From an uncultured bacterium (lineage in GTDB: Bacteria; Methylomirabilota; Methylomirabilia; Methylomirabilales; CSP1-5): a stretch of DNA of 64,000 bases. This document shows, one piece after another, positions 56,124 to 64,000 of this stretch. Position 1 is the stretch's first letter. The number at the start of each line of letters is the position of its first letter. The position numbers were made by a program, and so were the translations under genes. Location of the stretch: assembly GCA_964348275.1 (NCBI GenBank), contig CAYGBT010000003.1:10819-74818 (forward strand), given 5' to 3'. The notes under the pieces are model-generated. The model searched no databases. It had not been told where the DNA came from and saw only the letters and a list, made by a program, of their open reading frames with translations.

Positions 56124-57260
56124 TTACGGGATGTCCTGGCGCACGACGGTGAGCTGCTTGTCCTTGTGGGGTCTATGCTGGAACGGTTCCTGAACAGGAA
56201 CCCGAACGACCTCTGTTCCCTTTTCGTCGAATCCAATCGCTTCCCCTTTTTTCACCTGGAAGGAGTGGAGGATGAGGGGGCTGGAACCGAAGAGGTGTAA
56301 TAGCCCTTGAAGTTCCGATTCCTTCCCGGCCCGCATGTCCTTGTAAGTCTTGACCGCCTGCTCGACTCCTGGACCGTACATTTGCATCAGAAACCGGGGC
56401 GGGACGTGGATCGGGGGGATGTAGTAGACGTTCGGCTCAAGGCCGGACTGAGGAAAGAGGGGAAGGGCCACCTTCTTGATATGCACGAGAAAGTCGATGG
56501 GGTTGTCGGCTCTCACCTTCTTGGGGGGGCTCACAAATCCCTGCATGCGTATCTTTCCGATGCACGTTGTCACGCACTGCGGCTGACGGCCCTGCTCGAT
56601 CATGGGGAAGCATCCGATGCACTTCTGAGAGATGCGGGCGACGAAGTTGAACAGCACCTTCTTGTATGGGCAGGCCATGACGCACTCCTGATAGCCCTCA
56701 CATCGCTCCGGGTCGATCAGGACGATGCCGTCTTCCTCGCGCTTATAGATGGCCTGGCGCGGACAGGCGGCCAGGCAGGCAGGATTGGTGCAGTGGTTGC
56801 AAATTCGCGGAAGGTAGAACATCCAAACGGGATGAGGCAGCGCATCTAGGATGGTGCCGACGTCGACGGGCTCGTTGACCTCGTCTTCGCCGATGTTGGG
56901 GTTCATCCAGTCCCTTTCTTCCGGTTTCCATCCCTGAACCCGCTCGCCCGGTGGGGCGTCGAGAACCGTTTTTCCGGTATACGCGTCCCCCGTCCACTCC
57001 TGGTTATCTCCCAACATCTCCATGAGACGGACATCCCAGCCCATCGGGTAGAACCCATACGGTTTGGTCTCGACGTTATTCCACAGCATATACTCCTGTC
57101 CCCGACCCGGCGTCCACGTGGTCTTGCAGGCGACCGTGCAGGTCTGGCAGGCAATACACTTGTTCAGGTCCATTACCATGGCGAACTGCCGCTTCGGCCG
57201 CTTGGACTCGTATGGGTACGGCACTTCTCTTTTCAGGTGCCAGTTGTCAGCTTTGGCCAT
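56124..57260 (-). CDS. Type II DMSO-reductase-family beta subunit (NxrB/NarH-like, 4 Fe-S clusters)
   Basis: CIACQTCTVACK, CNHCTNPACLAACP, CEGYQECVMACP, CIGCFP...CVTTCIG; no signal peptide (Tat hitch-hiker). Confidence 0.9.
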   Translation of the reverse strand: MAKADNWHLKREVPYPYESKRPKRQFAMVMDLNKCIACQTCTVACKTTWTPGRGQEYMLWNNVETKPYGFYPMGWDVRLMEMLGDNQEWTGDAYTGKTVLDAPPGERVQGWKPEERDWMNPNIGEDEVNEPVDVGTILDALPHPVWMFYLPRICNHCTNPACLAACPRQAIYKREEDGIVLIDPERCEGYQECVMACPYKKVLFNFVARISQKCIGCFPMIEQGRQPQCVTTCIGKIRMQGFVSPPKKVRADNPIDFLVHIKKVALPLFPQSGLEPNVYYIPPIHVPPRFLMQMYGPGVEQAVKTYKDMRAGKESELQGLLHLFGSSPLILHSFQVKKGEAIGFDEKGTEVVRVPVQEPFQHRPHKDKQLTVVRQDIP

Positions 57261-57271
57261 GGCTCATCCCC

Positions 57272-60200
57272 CTATCGTTTCTTGAACTTCACATATGCGG
57301 CCTGAAGGTACTTTGTGAAACCTTTCCGGGGTCTTGTCGGTCGAAGGCCGAGCTTTACAGGCCTCCACACGCCCTTGGCGCCAAGGCCGCCGTCTTCCGC
57401 TTTGCGCACCTTCCCGAGGGCCTCGCGGGGGGCACCAATGGGCCCGTGGACGTCCACGGCAAACCCCTTGCCAATCGCCTGGCCCATCAGGTTCTTTCGC
57501 ACTAACGAGTCGGTCATATAGGTCGGCTTGAGCCAGGATCGCGTCACACTCTGGTGGCTTCCCCTGCGGTACAGCGACTGGTAGCCCGTCCCCGGGTTTT
57601 TCGCGAGGCCGGTGCGATTCACCTTGGTTCCCTTCACGGTTCCGTGGGAAGACCCGTACATGTTAAACCAGATCTTGGCTACGCCCGAGGGGGTGTTGTT
57701 TGAGGCGCGGGCCCGGATCAGCATCCGTCCGACCTCGTAGTCTTCGTCTCGTCCTTTCCACCCTGTAAAGGGACGATCCTGGGGATCGGCGTCCACCCAG
57801 ACGTAGTCGCCATCCTGGGTCCCAAGCTTCTCGAGGTCCTTTGGGTTGACGTCGATGTAGGCCTCGGCGACGAACGGCTGCCGCTTGTCGTGCCGGTAGA
57901 TATCGCCAAACGGACCGAAGAGAAGGGTAGTGACATCCGTGTCACCCGTGGTGGTATGGGCGGCATGGCGGTATTTCGGCGTGTGCACGATGTGGCTTGC
58001 TCCGAAGGTCACCGTGAGAGGATGCCTGGTGCCGGGAAGTTTCTCCGGGGAGACCATGACGTTACGCGCCTGTCGCAGTTCCGTGGACGTGAGCGCTTTG
58101 GCAGAGTCCACACCGTAGTCCTCCGGACGCTTGGGGCGCAGCAGGGGGTGAGGCTTGGCGACGATCACGTTAGGCTCGTGGTGGGTGGAGTCGATGGGTT
58201 CCCGGTATACCGGCAGATTTTCGCCGGCGTCCACGAATTCGTCCTCTTCACGGTAGAACTCCAGCCTGCCGCTCTTGGTGTACCAGGGCTGGTTCTCATC
58301 GGTCTGGTCGATTCCCACATACTTCGGGTAGCTCCGGGTCATGATCAGCGAGGGTATCCCTTGCTGAGCCTTCTGGGCAATATCGGCCAGCTTGTACCCG
58401 CGGAGATTAGACGAGGCGTTGATGACGCGCTGGGTGTAAGCTTCCGGTTGTCCCTCGATGGCGAACTTCCAAAAGTCATGGAATCGTTGGTCCGCCGTCA
58501 GCTCGGAGAGACGGACCGCCACCCGGGCGAACACCTCCACGTCGTTTCTGGTGTCGAAGAGGCGGCGGTGCCCGGTCTTGGGCCAGACGTAGACGAATGG
58601 GTTCGTGACGGAGCCGGCGATGTCCCAATATTTGTTCTCGTTCCAGGCGTCCACCCCCAGCACGATATCCGAGTACTCACAGGTGAGCGACCACCACCAC
58701 TCGTTGGTAACGATACAGTCGATCTTGGGGAGGGTGTTTGCGATGATGTTGTACTTCCACTTGGCGTTCCCGAGAATGGAGTTGGCATCCACGAACCACA
58801 TCAACTTGGTGGGCGTAGGCATGTGAGTCTTTCCAGTGAGCACCGCATCTCCCATCATCAGGGGGTGGTCGTCGTGGGAATAATAGTGGGCCGACTCCGC
58901 CCTGAAGTAGAACTTCACTCGGGAGGGCTTTTGGGGATCGAGCTGAACGCGGAACGGATCTTCAGCGAGGAACTGCCCGGCCCCGTTGAAGAGAGGGAGA
59001 CGGAAGTTTCCCGCGTATGAGCCAATGTTGCCGGTCAGGTGCCCGATATTGTCGGTTAAGGCACAGACGAGGTACATCGCGCGGTCCTTTAAGTCTGCAT
59101 GCTGGTACTGGTTCACCCCCATTCCCTGCGAGAGTCGCGTCTGTTTGGGATGGGCGGCAATCTCCCGGGCCAATTCCACGATCTTCTTGGCTGCAACCCC
59201 GGTGATCTTCTCGGCCAGCTCCGGCCGGTAGTTCTCCTCGAAGAACTCGAAGTAAACGTGGAAGAGCGGCCGGACCTCTACGTCCTTGCCCTCGATGGTC
59301 TTCAGTCGGTGACTTCCCGTCAGCGCAGGATCGATGTTGAGTTTCCAGAAGTCCTCGCCTACGGCGTCCCGCGTGACCACCTTGAGGGAGTTGGTTCGGG
59401 TATCCCACATCACGAAGTCGTTCATATCCTCGTTTCGGATATTCTCAGGAATATACTGCTTCTCCTGTTGAAAGAAGAGGGGAAGCTTCTCACCTTTTTT
59501 GAAGACCGCGGCCTTTTGCAGGGGCGCGGGCTGGTAATTGGGGACGATGTCCTTCCCTCGCAAAAGCTTTCCAGTATCCATGCGAACGAGGAGGGGCATG
59601 TCGGTGAAACTCTTGACATATCGCTCCCGATAGCGCTTTTCCTTCATGATCACGTAGGCGAGGGAGTTCGCGAACACTGTATCAGTTCCTGTGCGAAGGA
59701 TGATGACCTCATCGGCGGCCCGGGAGGTGGGGGAGTAATCGTTCGAGATCACCGTCACCTTGGATCCCTTGGCCCGCGCTTCGGTCAGCCAGTGGCAGTC
59801 AGGCATCTTGGTGGTGAAAGGGTTCATCCCCCAGAGGATGTTGAGCTTGGAATGCTCCCAGAGGCAGAGGTCGTAATCGGTGTTCTGCTGACCGGTGACC
59901 ATGGGGTGGCCGGGGGCAAGATCGGTGTGGAACGCGTAGTTGTCCCACCCGCGGCCTCCTTTAGCCTGCTTGGGCGGGACGCCACGGATGTGGTGATCGA
60001 GGAGCGCCATCATGTTGGACATCCGGTAGGGCGCTGTGTACCGGGTGACGGCGAGGAAGGGCATGGATCCCCGGAACTTGAAGGCGCGGGTTCCGGCGCC
60101 GTCCATGGCGTCCAGCATAACCTTTGGATAATGTCCCTGAGACTCGAGGCGCTTTCGCCCCTCATCACCAGAGTAAGTCTGGGCGACATTGATCAGGCTC

Positions 60201-60742
60201 TTGGCGAGGATGTCGCTCACCTCATCCCAGGTCAGGCGGAGCCACTTATCCTTGCCCCGTTGGAAGAATTTTTCAGGGGGCCTCCCTGTCACAGGGTCGC
60301 GGGGGAACCCGGACCGAAACCATTCGTAGTAACCTTTCCGGACCATAGGTCCTTTGACCCGGCGGTCTCCGTAAAAGCGCCGCATGAGAGACAAGCCCTT
60401 ATTACAGCACCTGGGGTCCCATCGGTGCGATGCCTTCAGTCCGTACAGATCTGTGGCCTCGCCGTAGCCATGGGTGGGTTCGATACGCGTGATCACTCCG
60501 TTCTTGACGTGGCCGGTCAAAAGGCAGTTGTGCGTGTCGTTGGGGGCGCAGAGAAAGGTTATCGTGGATTCTGAACGCGCGATGTCCCGGTAAAACCGTT
60601 CCCAGTCCCGGTTTGGGTAGACAGCCAGGGGGTTGTCCACCTTGACCACCGGTTCAAAGACCCGAAAAGTGGCCCCCAGGTTGGAAACGCCCGCCAAGGA
60701 GAGTCCGAAAATCTTCACGAAATCTCGTCTGGTGACCTCCAT
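57272..60742 (-). CDS. Type II DMSO-reductase-family catalytic alpha subunit, periplasmic, NxrA-like (substrate unproven)
   Basis: 1156 aa; twin-arginine signal MEVTRRDFVKIF; N-terminal Fe-S region FLCAPNDTHNC...C; Mo-bisPGD domains throughout. Confidence 0.88.
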   Translation of the reverse strand: MEVTRRDFVKIFGLSLAGVSNLGATFRVFEPVVKVDNPLAVYPNRDWERFYRDIARSESTITFLCAPNDTHNCLLTGHVKNGVITRIEPTHGYGEATDLYGLKASHRWDPRCCNKGLSLMRRFYGDRRVKGPMVRKGYYEWFRSGFPRDPVTGRPPEKFFQRGKDKWLRLTWDEVSDILAKSLINVAQTYSGDEGRKRLESQGHYPKVMLDAMDGAGTRAFKFRGSMPFLAVTRYTAPYRMSNMMALLDHHIRGVPPKQAKGGRGWDNYAFHTDLAPGHPMVTGQQNTDYDLCLWEHSKLNILWGMNPFTTKMPDCHWLTEARAKGSKVTVISNDYSPTSRAADEVIILRTGTDTVFANSLAYVIMKEKRYRERYVKSFTDMPLLVRMDTGKLLRGKDIVPNYQPAPLQKAAVFKKGEKLPLFFQQEKQYIPENIRNEDMNDFVMWDTRTNSLKVVTRDAVGEDFWKLNIDPALTGSHRLKTIEGKDVEVRPLFHVYFEFFEENYRPELAEKITGVAAKKIVELAREIAAHPKQTRLSQGMGVNQYQHADLKDRAMYLVCALTDNIGHLTGNIGSYAGNFRLPLFNGAGQFLAEDPFRVQLDPQKPSRVKFYFRAESAHYYSHDDHPLMMGDAVLTGKTHMPTPTKLMWFVDANSILGNAKWKYNIIANTLPKIDCIVTNEWWWSLTCEYSDIVLGVDAWNENKYWDIAGSVTNPFVYVWPKTGHRRLFDTRNDVEVFARVAVRLSELTADQRFHDFWKFAIEGQPEAYTQRVINASSNLRGYKLADIAQKAQQGIPSLIMTRSYPKYVGIDQTDENQPWYTKSGRLEFYREEDEFVDAGENLPVYREPIDSTHHEPNVIVAKPHPLLRPKRPEDYGVDSAKALTSTELRQARNVMVSPEKLPGTRHPLTVTFGASHIVHTPKYRHAAHTTTGDTDVTTLLFGPFGDIYRHDKRQPFVAEAYIDVNPKDLEKLGTQDGDYVWVDADPQDRPFTGWKGRDEDYEVGRMLIRARASNNTPSGVAKIWFNMYGSSHGTVKGTKVNRTGLAKNPGTGYQSLYRRGSHQSVTRSWLKPTYMTDSLVRKNLMGQAIGKGFAVDVHGPIGAPREALGKVRKAEDGGLGAKGVWRPVKLGLRPTRPRKGFTKYLQAAYVKFKKR

Positions 60743-60856
60743 GACCGTTGCCTCCTCTCCTATGCGTTCCTCCTGCCTGGACGGTATGTGGCGCCGCTTC
60801 CTCTTTTTTTCCCCTAGCCCAAGCGATGCAGATTGAAAACATATCGTATGAGAGAT

Positions 60857-61303
60857 CTACAGAAGGACCTGCTCGTGCTTAGGAACCCCCTGATCGCCTC
60901 CATATTCGCGGGCGAGATCTTCGAGCGACTTTTTTTCCAATGCTAGGAGCAGTTGGGGTTTAATCCGGGCCCATTCGGAGTGCAGGAGGCAAGGATTTTC
61001 GTCTTCGCACCGGTGGCCCCAGAACAAGCAGCGCCGAAAAAGATCCGCTCCCTCGATCGCCTCGAGCAGCTCTCGCAGTTTCATTTCTGAGGCGTCGCAG
61101 GCGAGACAATAGCCACGTTGGCGACCGCGAAACGACTGAAGCAGACCGTGCCGGACCAGCTTCTGAAGGATCTTGGCCAGGAAGCCGACCGGGAGATCTC
61201 CGGCCTCGGCGATATGATGCAAGGTCAGGACTGTCGCCGGCGGCTGGTGGGCCAGGTAGATCATCGCCCTCAGTCCGTATTCGCTCTCGCGGCTCAGATT
61301 CAT
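60857..61303 (-). CDS. Rrf2-family transcription regulator (NsrR/IscR-like, Fe-S type)
   Basis: MNLSRESEYGLRAMIYLA wHTH; Cys triad C-x6-C-x5-C (CLFWGHRCEDENPC); start at ATG 61303 assumed. Confidence 0.85.
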   Translation of the reverse strand: MNLSRESEYGLRAMIYLAHQPPATVLTLHHIAEAGDLPVGFLAKILQKLVRHGLLQSFRGRQRGYCLACDASEMKLRELLEAIEGADLFRRCLFWGHRCEDENPCLLHSEWARIKPQLLLALEKKSLEDLAREYGGDQGVPKHEQVLL

Positions 61304-61626
61304 GGTCTCAAATGACCCATCGGGTCTTTTGCCTCCGATCATGCCTAAATTAGAACAATAACAGCCAACATTCAATGATGTGTGTCTTATGGCGATGTGA
61401 TTTTCGTCATATATTTACAGGTGTTGTTTAAGCTTTCCGGGAGCCGAGGGTGGCTCCAGTGGTGCTCGGGACAGGTGAGCGAGTTTGGTGGCGGTAAGCG
61501 TGTCGAGGGACCTCTTGGCCTTAGGGCCGTCGACGGGCGTGCCTGAAGTGCTGAGGGCCGAGGAGTAACGCGGTCTCTCCTCGGCCCTCTCTCTCAGCAG
61601 CCAATATTCATCCAAATGACCAGAAC

Positions 61627-62529
61627 TTAGAACTCCTCCTCTTGCTCGTGCTCGTCATGAAGCCAGACGAGGTAGTCCACCAGGTCCTCTGAGAGGTCAA
61701 AGAAGGCCCTGCTGACCTCGGACGTCTGCTTAGCCAGAAGGTAAGGGGTTGCTCCTCCTTGCACCGTCCCGAGCGCAGGCTCATAAGGGATTGGCACCCG
61801 GATCGGGATACCGAACGTTCGGCCCAACTCCTCAACACTCTCGCCCCGGTATCGTCCCTCCATGTTCGAGATAAGGCCGATGGCCGGGGTGCTACTGGCA
61901 TCAAAGAACTTCCAAAGACTTCTGATCCGCTCCCGCTCCCCCTCGCCAGGACGGGTGACGATCAGCGTGGCCTCGATCGGAGGCAGCACTTCTGAGAGGT
62001 CTTCCACCGCCTCGATGCCGGGGGGAAACTCGATCAGAAGCAGGTCCAGCTCGTCCCAATCGACCTCGCCCAGAGATCCCCGCACGGTGTTCCAATCTCT
62101 CAGCCCTGCGACTCCCGGGGTGAAGCGATCCCCCATGAGCATGTCCAGGGTGACCACCTGCACGTCCCCGAGTCCCCGAGCCGGACGAAACCGGGTACCG
62201 CGTCTCTCCAGCCCGGTGGTGTTTCCACCCAGCCGCTCGGGGAAGGTCGAGCCACCGAGATCGAGGATGCCGATGTTGGGCGTCCGTACGACCTCGAATT
62301 CGGAACCCTCGAGCTTTCCATGCCGCAGGGCCATGGCCAGATTCATGGTGAACGTGCTCACGCCGACGCCGGGTCTGGTGCCGGTGACGGCCACCTTGAA
62401 TTCCACCGGCGCCATGAGGTTCTTGAGCCGCTTCAGCGTCTCGGGCTCGTCGAGGTGCAGCCCCGCGGCCATGGCCTGTTTCATATCCCTGTCTGGAATC
62501 GCCATCGTGTTATCCTCCCGCGCGATCAC
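61627..62529 (-). CDS. Mrp/MinD-superfamily-like protein with a degenerate P-loop
   Basis: The position of the deviant Walker A reads VTGTRPGVGVST (no Lys); the DxD-like site reads DLGG; no CxxC. Overall SIMIBI-like layout (LLLIEFPPG, ATLIVTRPG). Confidence 0.55.
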   Translation of the reverse strand: MIAREDNTMAIPDRDMKQAMAAGLHLDEPETLKRLKNLMAPVEFKVAVTGTRPGVGVSTFTMNLAMALRHGKLEGSEFEVVRTPNIGILDLGGSTFPERLGGNTTGLERRGTRFRPARGLGDVQVVTLDMLMGDRFTPGVAGLRDWNTVRGSLGEVDWDELDLLLIEFPPGIEAVEDLSEVLPPIEATLIVTRPGEGERERIRSLWKFFDASSTPAIGLISNMEGRYRGESVEELGRTFGIPIRVPIPYEPALGTVQGGATPYLLAKQTSEVSRAFFDLSEDLVDYLVWLHDEHEQEEEF

Positions 62530-62581
62530 TCGGGATCGCGTTTCTCTCGTTTTCCGTCAGATCCCCTCAGCCAGGCAGGGG

Positions 62582-64000
62582 TCATATGATATCCCTCCGG
62601 CCAAAGCTCATGGCCTCGAAGGAGCGCTTGTAGGGCGACTCCCCGGTCTTCTTGACCTTGGCCACCGCCAGCATGAAGCGGTAGTGGTTGTTGAAGGGGT
62701 CTGTCACCCGGGGGATGAGGTCGTTGGCCGACTTGTCCATATCCATCTTCAAGACGGCCATGATCCCTTTCTTCACCGCCGGGGTCACGATGGCCACGGC
62801 CGAGATGGACGCCTTGGTCATCTTGATATGGCCATGCTTCATCAGCCCGGTGAAGCTGTTGTCATCCCCCATGACCCCGTAAAATCCACCTGTCTGGACG
62901 GGGATCCGCTCATTGGCAAGGCGCACCCAGTCACCGCTCTCGATCCCGTGGCGTTTGGCGTCGTCCGGGTGGATCTCGACGAAGACGTCCGGCCACCGCT
63001 GCATGATATACGGTCTCCGCATATCATCGAACTGGGTTTGCCAGGTCTCGTTGATGCGGACGTTGGTCAGCCAAAGCTCCTCACCCCTGGGCTTGAGCCA
63101 CTCGTAGTAGTCAGAGAAGAAGTCCCACGGCGACCGCATCCAGTTGAACTTGCCGGTCTGCGACTTGGCCCCCGTGAGCCATTTCTGCCAGACCGTGGGC
63201 CCCTGCGGCCCGGTCTCGGGGAGCTTGAGCGTCGAGTCGTGGAGGCGCACGCTTCCGACCAATTTTCCATCTTCATACCGGATGGGGCACTGAATCCCCT
63301 CGGTCCCGTAGGTCCTGAGGAGTTCGTGACCGCGCATCCCCTTCTTTTTGGCCAGCCAGACCAACGGATGGTAGTTCACCCGGCTTCCCCTTCTGAACCG
63401 GGCGCCCTCTTCGAAGACGTCGTTCGAATCCTTCCAGTCAAATCCGTCAAAGCCCATCCGCTTGGCAAACTGGGCGGCGATCCACCAGTCGGGCTTGCTG
63501 TCGCCTGGCGCATCATAGAATTTCTCGTAGATGCGGATCCGTCTCTCGCCGTTACAGCGCGTAAAGTCTTCCTCGCCCCAGGTGGCGGCCGGCAGGACGA
63601 TATCGGCGTACGTCGTGCTGATGGGATCCCGCAGGTAGATCTCCTGATTGACCAGCACCATGCCACCGCTGTCCATCCGCTTCTTGAACGTCTCGATCGC
63701 CTTTTTCTTGTCGAAGCTTTTGAGCTGGTGTGGGTTGTTCCGGGTCAGGGATTCAAAGACGCGGCGCAGCTCGGCGCCGGCCGCCATCGACTGGATCCAG
63801 GTGGTCCCAATCACCCAGGCAAACCTGACGTTTCCGCTCTGCACCCAGCGGTCCAAATCGATCTTTCGCTTCCGCCGGCCGGGGTACTTCTCCGGCGATC
63901 GCTCATTGGGGTTTCGTCCGGCCGTGTTTCCGCCCCGCTGGTGGCCGCCAAATCGGCCGACCATCTGGCCGGGCCGATTCCCCGCCCCGCAGAGGAGCGC
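62582..64000 (-). CDS. aioA: Arsenite-oxidase large-subunit (AioA)-like molybdoenzyme, C-terminal ~470 aa (N-terminus outside window)
   Basis: The frame stays open to the window edge. GRFGGHQRG, NGERRIRIYEKFYDAPG, FDGFDWKDSNDVFEEG and the C-terminal ..SFGRR.. parallel the Alcaligenes AioA blocks (MGGHQEG, NGERRIRLSEKFMDPPG, FEGFDWKTEEDAFNDG, ..SFKSRRFA) as I recall them. Confidence 0.75.
   Translation of the reverse strand, partial: ALLCGAGNRPGQMVGRFGGHQRGGNTAGRNPNERSPEKYPGRRKRKIDLDRWVQSGNVRFAWVIGTTWIQSMAAGAELRRVFESLTRNNPHQLKSFDKKKAIETFKKRMDSGGMVLVNQEIYLRDPISTTYADIVLPAATWGEEDFTRCNGERRIRIYEKFYDAPGDSKPDWWIAAQFAKRMGFDGFDWKDSNDVFEEGARFRRGSRVNYHPLVWLAKKKGMRGHELLRTYGTEGIQCPIRYEDGKLVGSVRLHDSTLKLPETGPQGPTVWQKWLTGAKSQTGKFNWMRSPWDFFSDYYEWLKPRGEELWLTNVRINETWQTQFDDMRRPYIMQRWPDVFVEIHPDDAKRHGIESGDWVRLANERIPVQTGGFYGVMGDDNSFTGLMKHGHIKMTKASISAVAIVTPAVKKGIMAVLKMDMDKSANDLIPRVTDPFNNHYRFMLAVAKVKKTGESPYKRSFEAMSFGRRDII

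Noticed and set aside
61451-61465. Plus-strand TGGCTCcagtgGTGC with correct GG-N10-GC spacing
   Set aside because: It points into the antisense of the Mrp-like gene with no plus-strand ORF downstream, and both elements deviate from consensus. Probably chance.

Overview
This is a GC-rich (about 60% by eye, not computed), densely coding bacterial chromosomal window with no rRNA, tRNA, CRISPR array or recognisable transposase. Positions 1-28 kb are mixed housekeeping and signalling genes: the glnA 3' part, glnB-glnE, a PilZ gene behind a canonical sigma-54 promoter, an Mla-like transporter whose ATPase subunit is degenerate, a GAF-cyclase, and trmI / TreT-like / ttuA / ThiS-like genes. This part also holds RNase P RNA, PiT+DUF47, a PEP mutase without partner genes, ADP-forming acetyl-CoA synthetase and an NtrB/NtrC-like pair. 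From about 28.4 kb to the window end almost every gene is on the minus strand, forming a respiratory super-cluster. In order it contains an FNR-type regulator + radical SAM/SPASM enzyme + a small Cys/Trp-rich ORF, then a diheme cytochrome c + acidic beta-barrel. Next come a Qrc/ACIII-like complex flanked by two paralogous four-domain c-type cytochromes, a canonical Alternative Complex III, and a ba3-type (B-family) oxidase that includes a subunit IIa ORF missing from the ORF track. The cluster ends with a periplasmic NXR-like type II DMSO-reductase-family enzyme (alpha/beta/gamma/chaperone) behind an Rrf2 regulator, and an AioA-like arsenite-oxidase large subunit truncated by the window end. 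The most interesting points are these. (1) A conserved upstream module of about 240 nt (canonical sigma-54 promoter plus three dyads with a compensatory change) is shared by the radical-SAM operon and the Qrc-like cytochrome operon. (2) The small ORF + rSAM/SPASM pair is a possible maturase/substrate system. (3) The Qrc/ACIII-like complex has atypical composition. (4) The NXR-like enzyme is linked to ACIII and a ba3 oxidase. (5) Recombination scars, namely cytochrome pseudogene fragments and direct repeats, are present. All functional calls rest on motif recognition by eye; no database search was possible.
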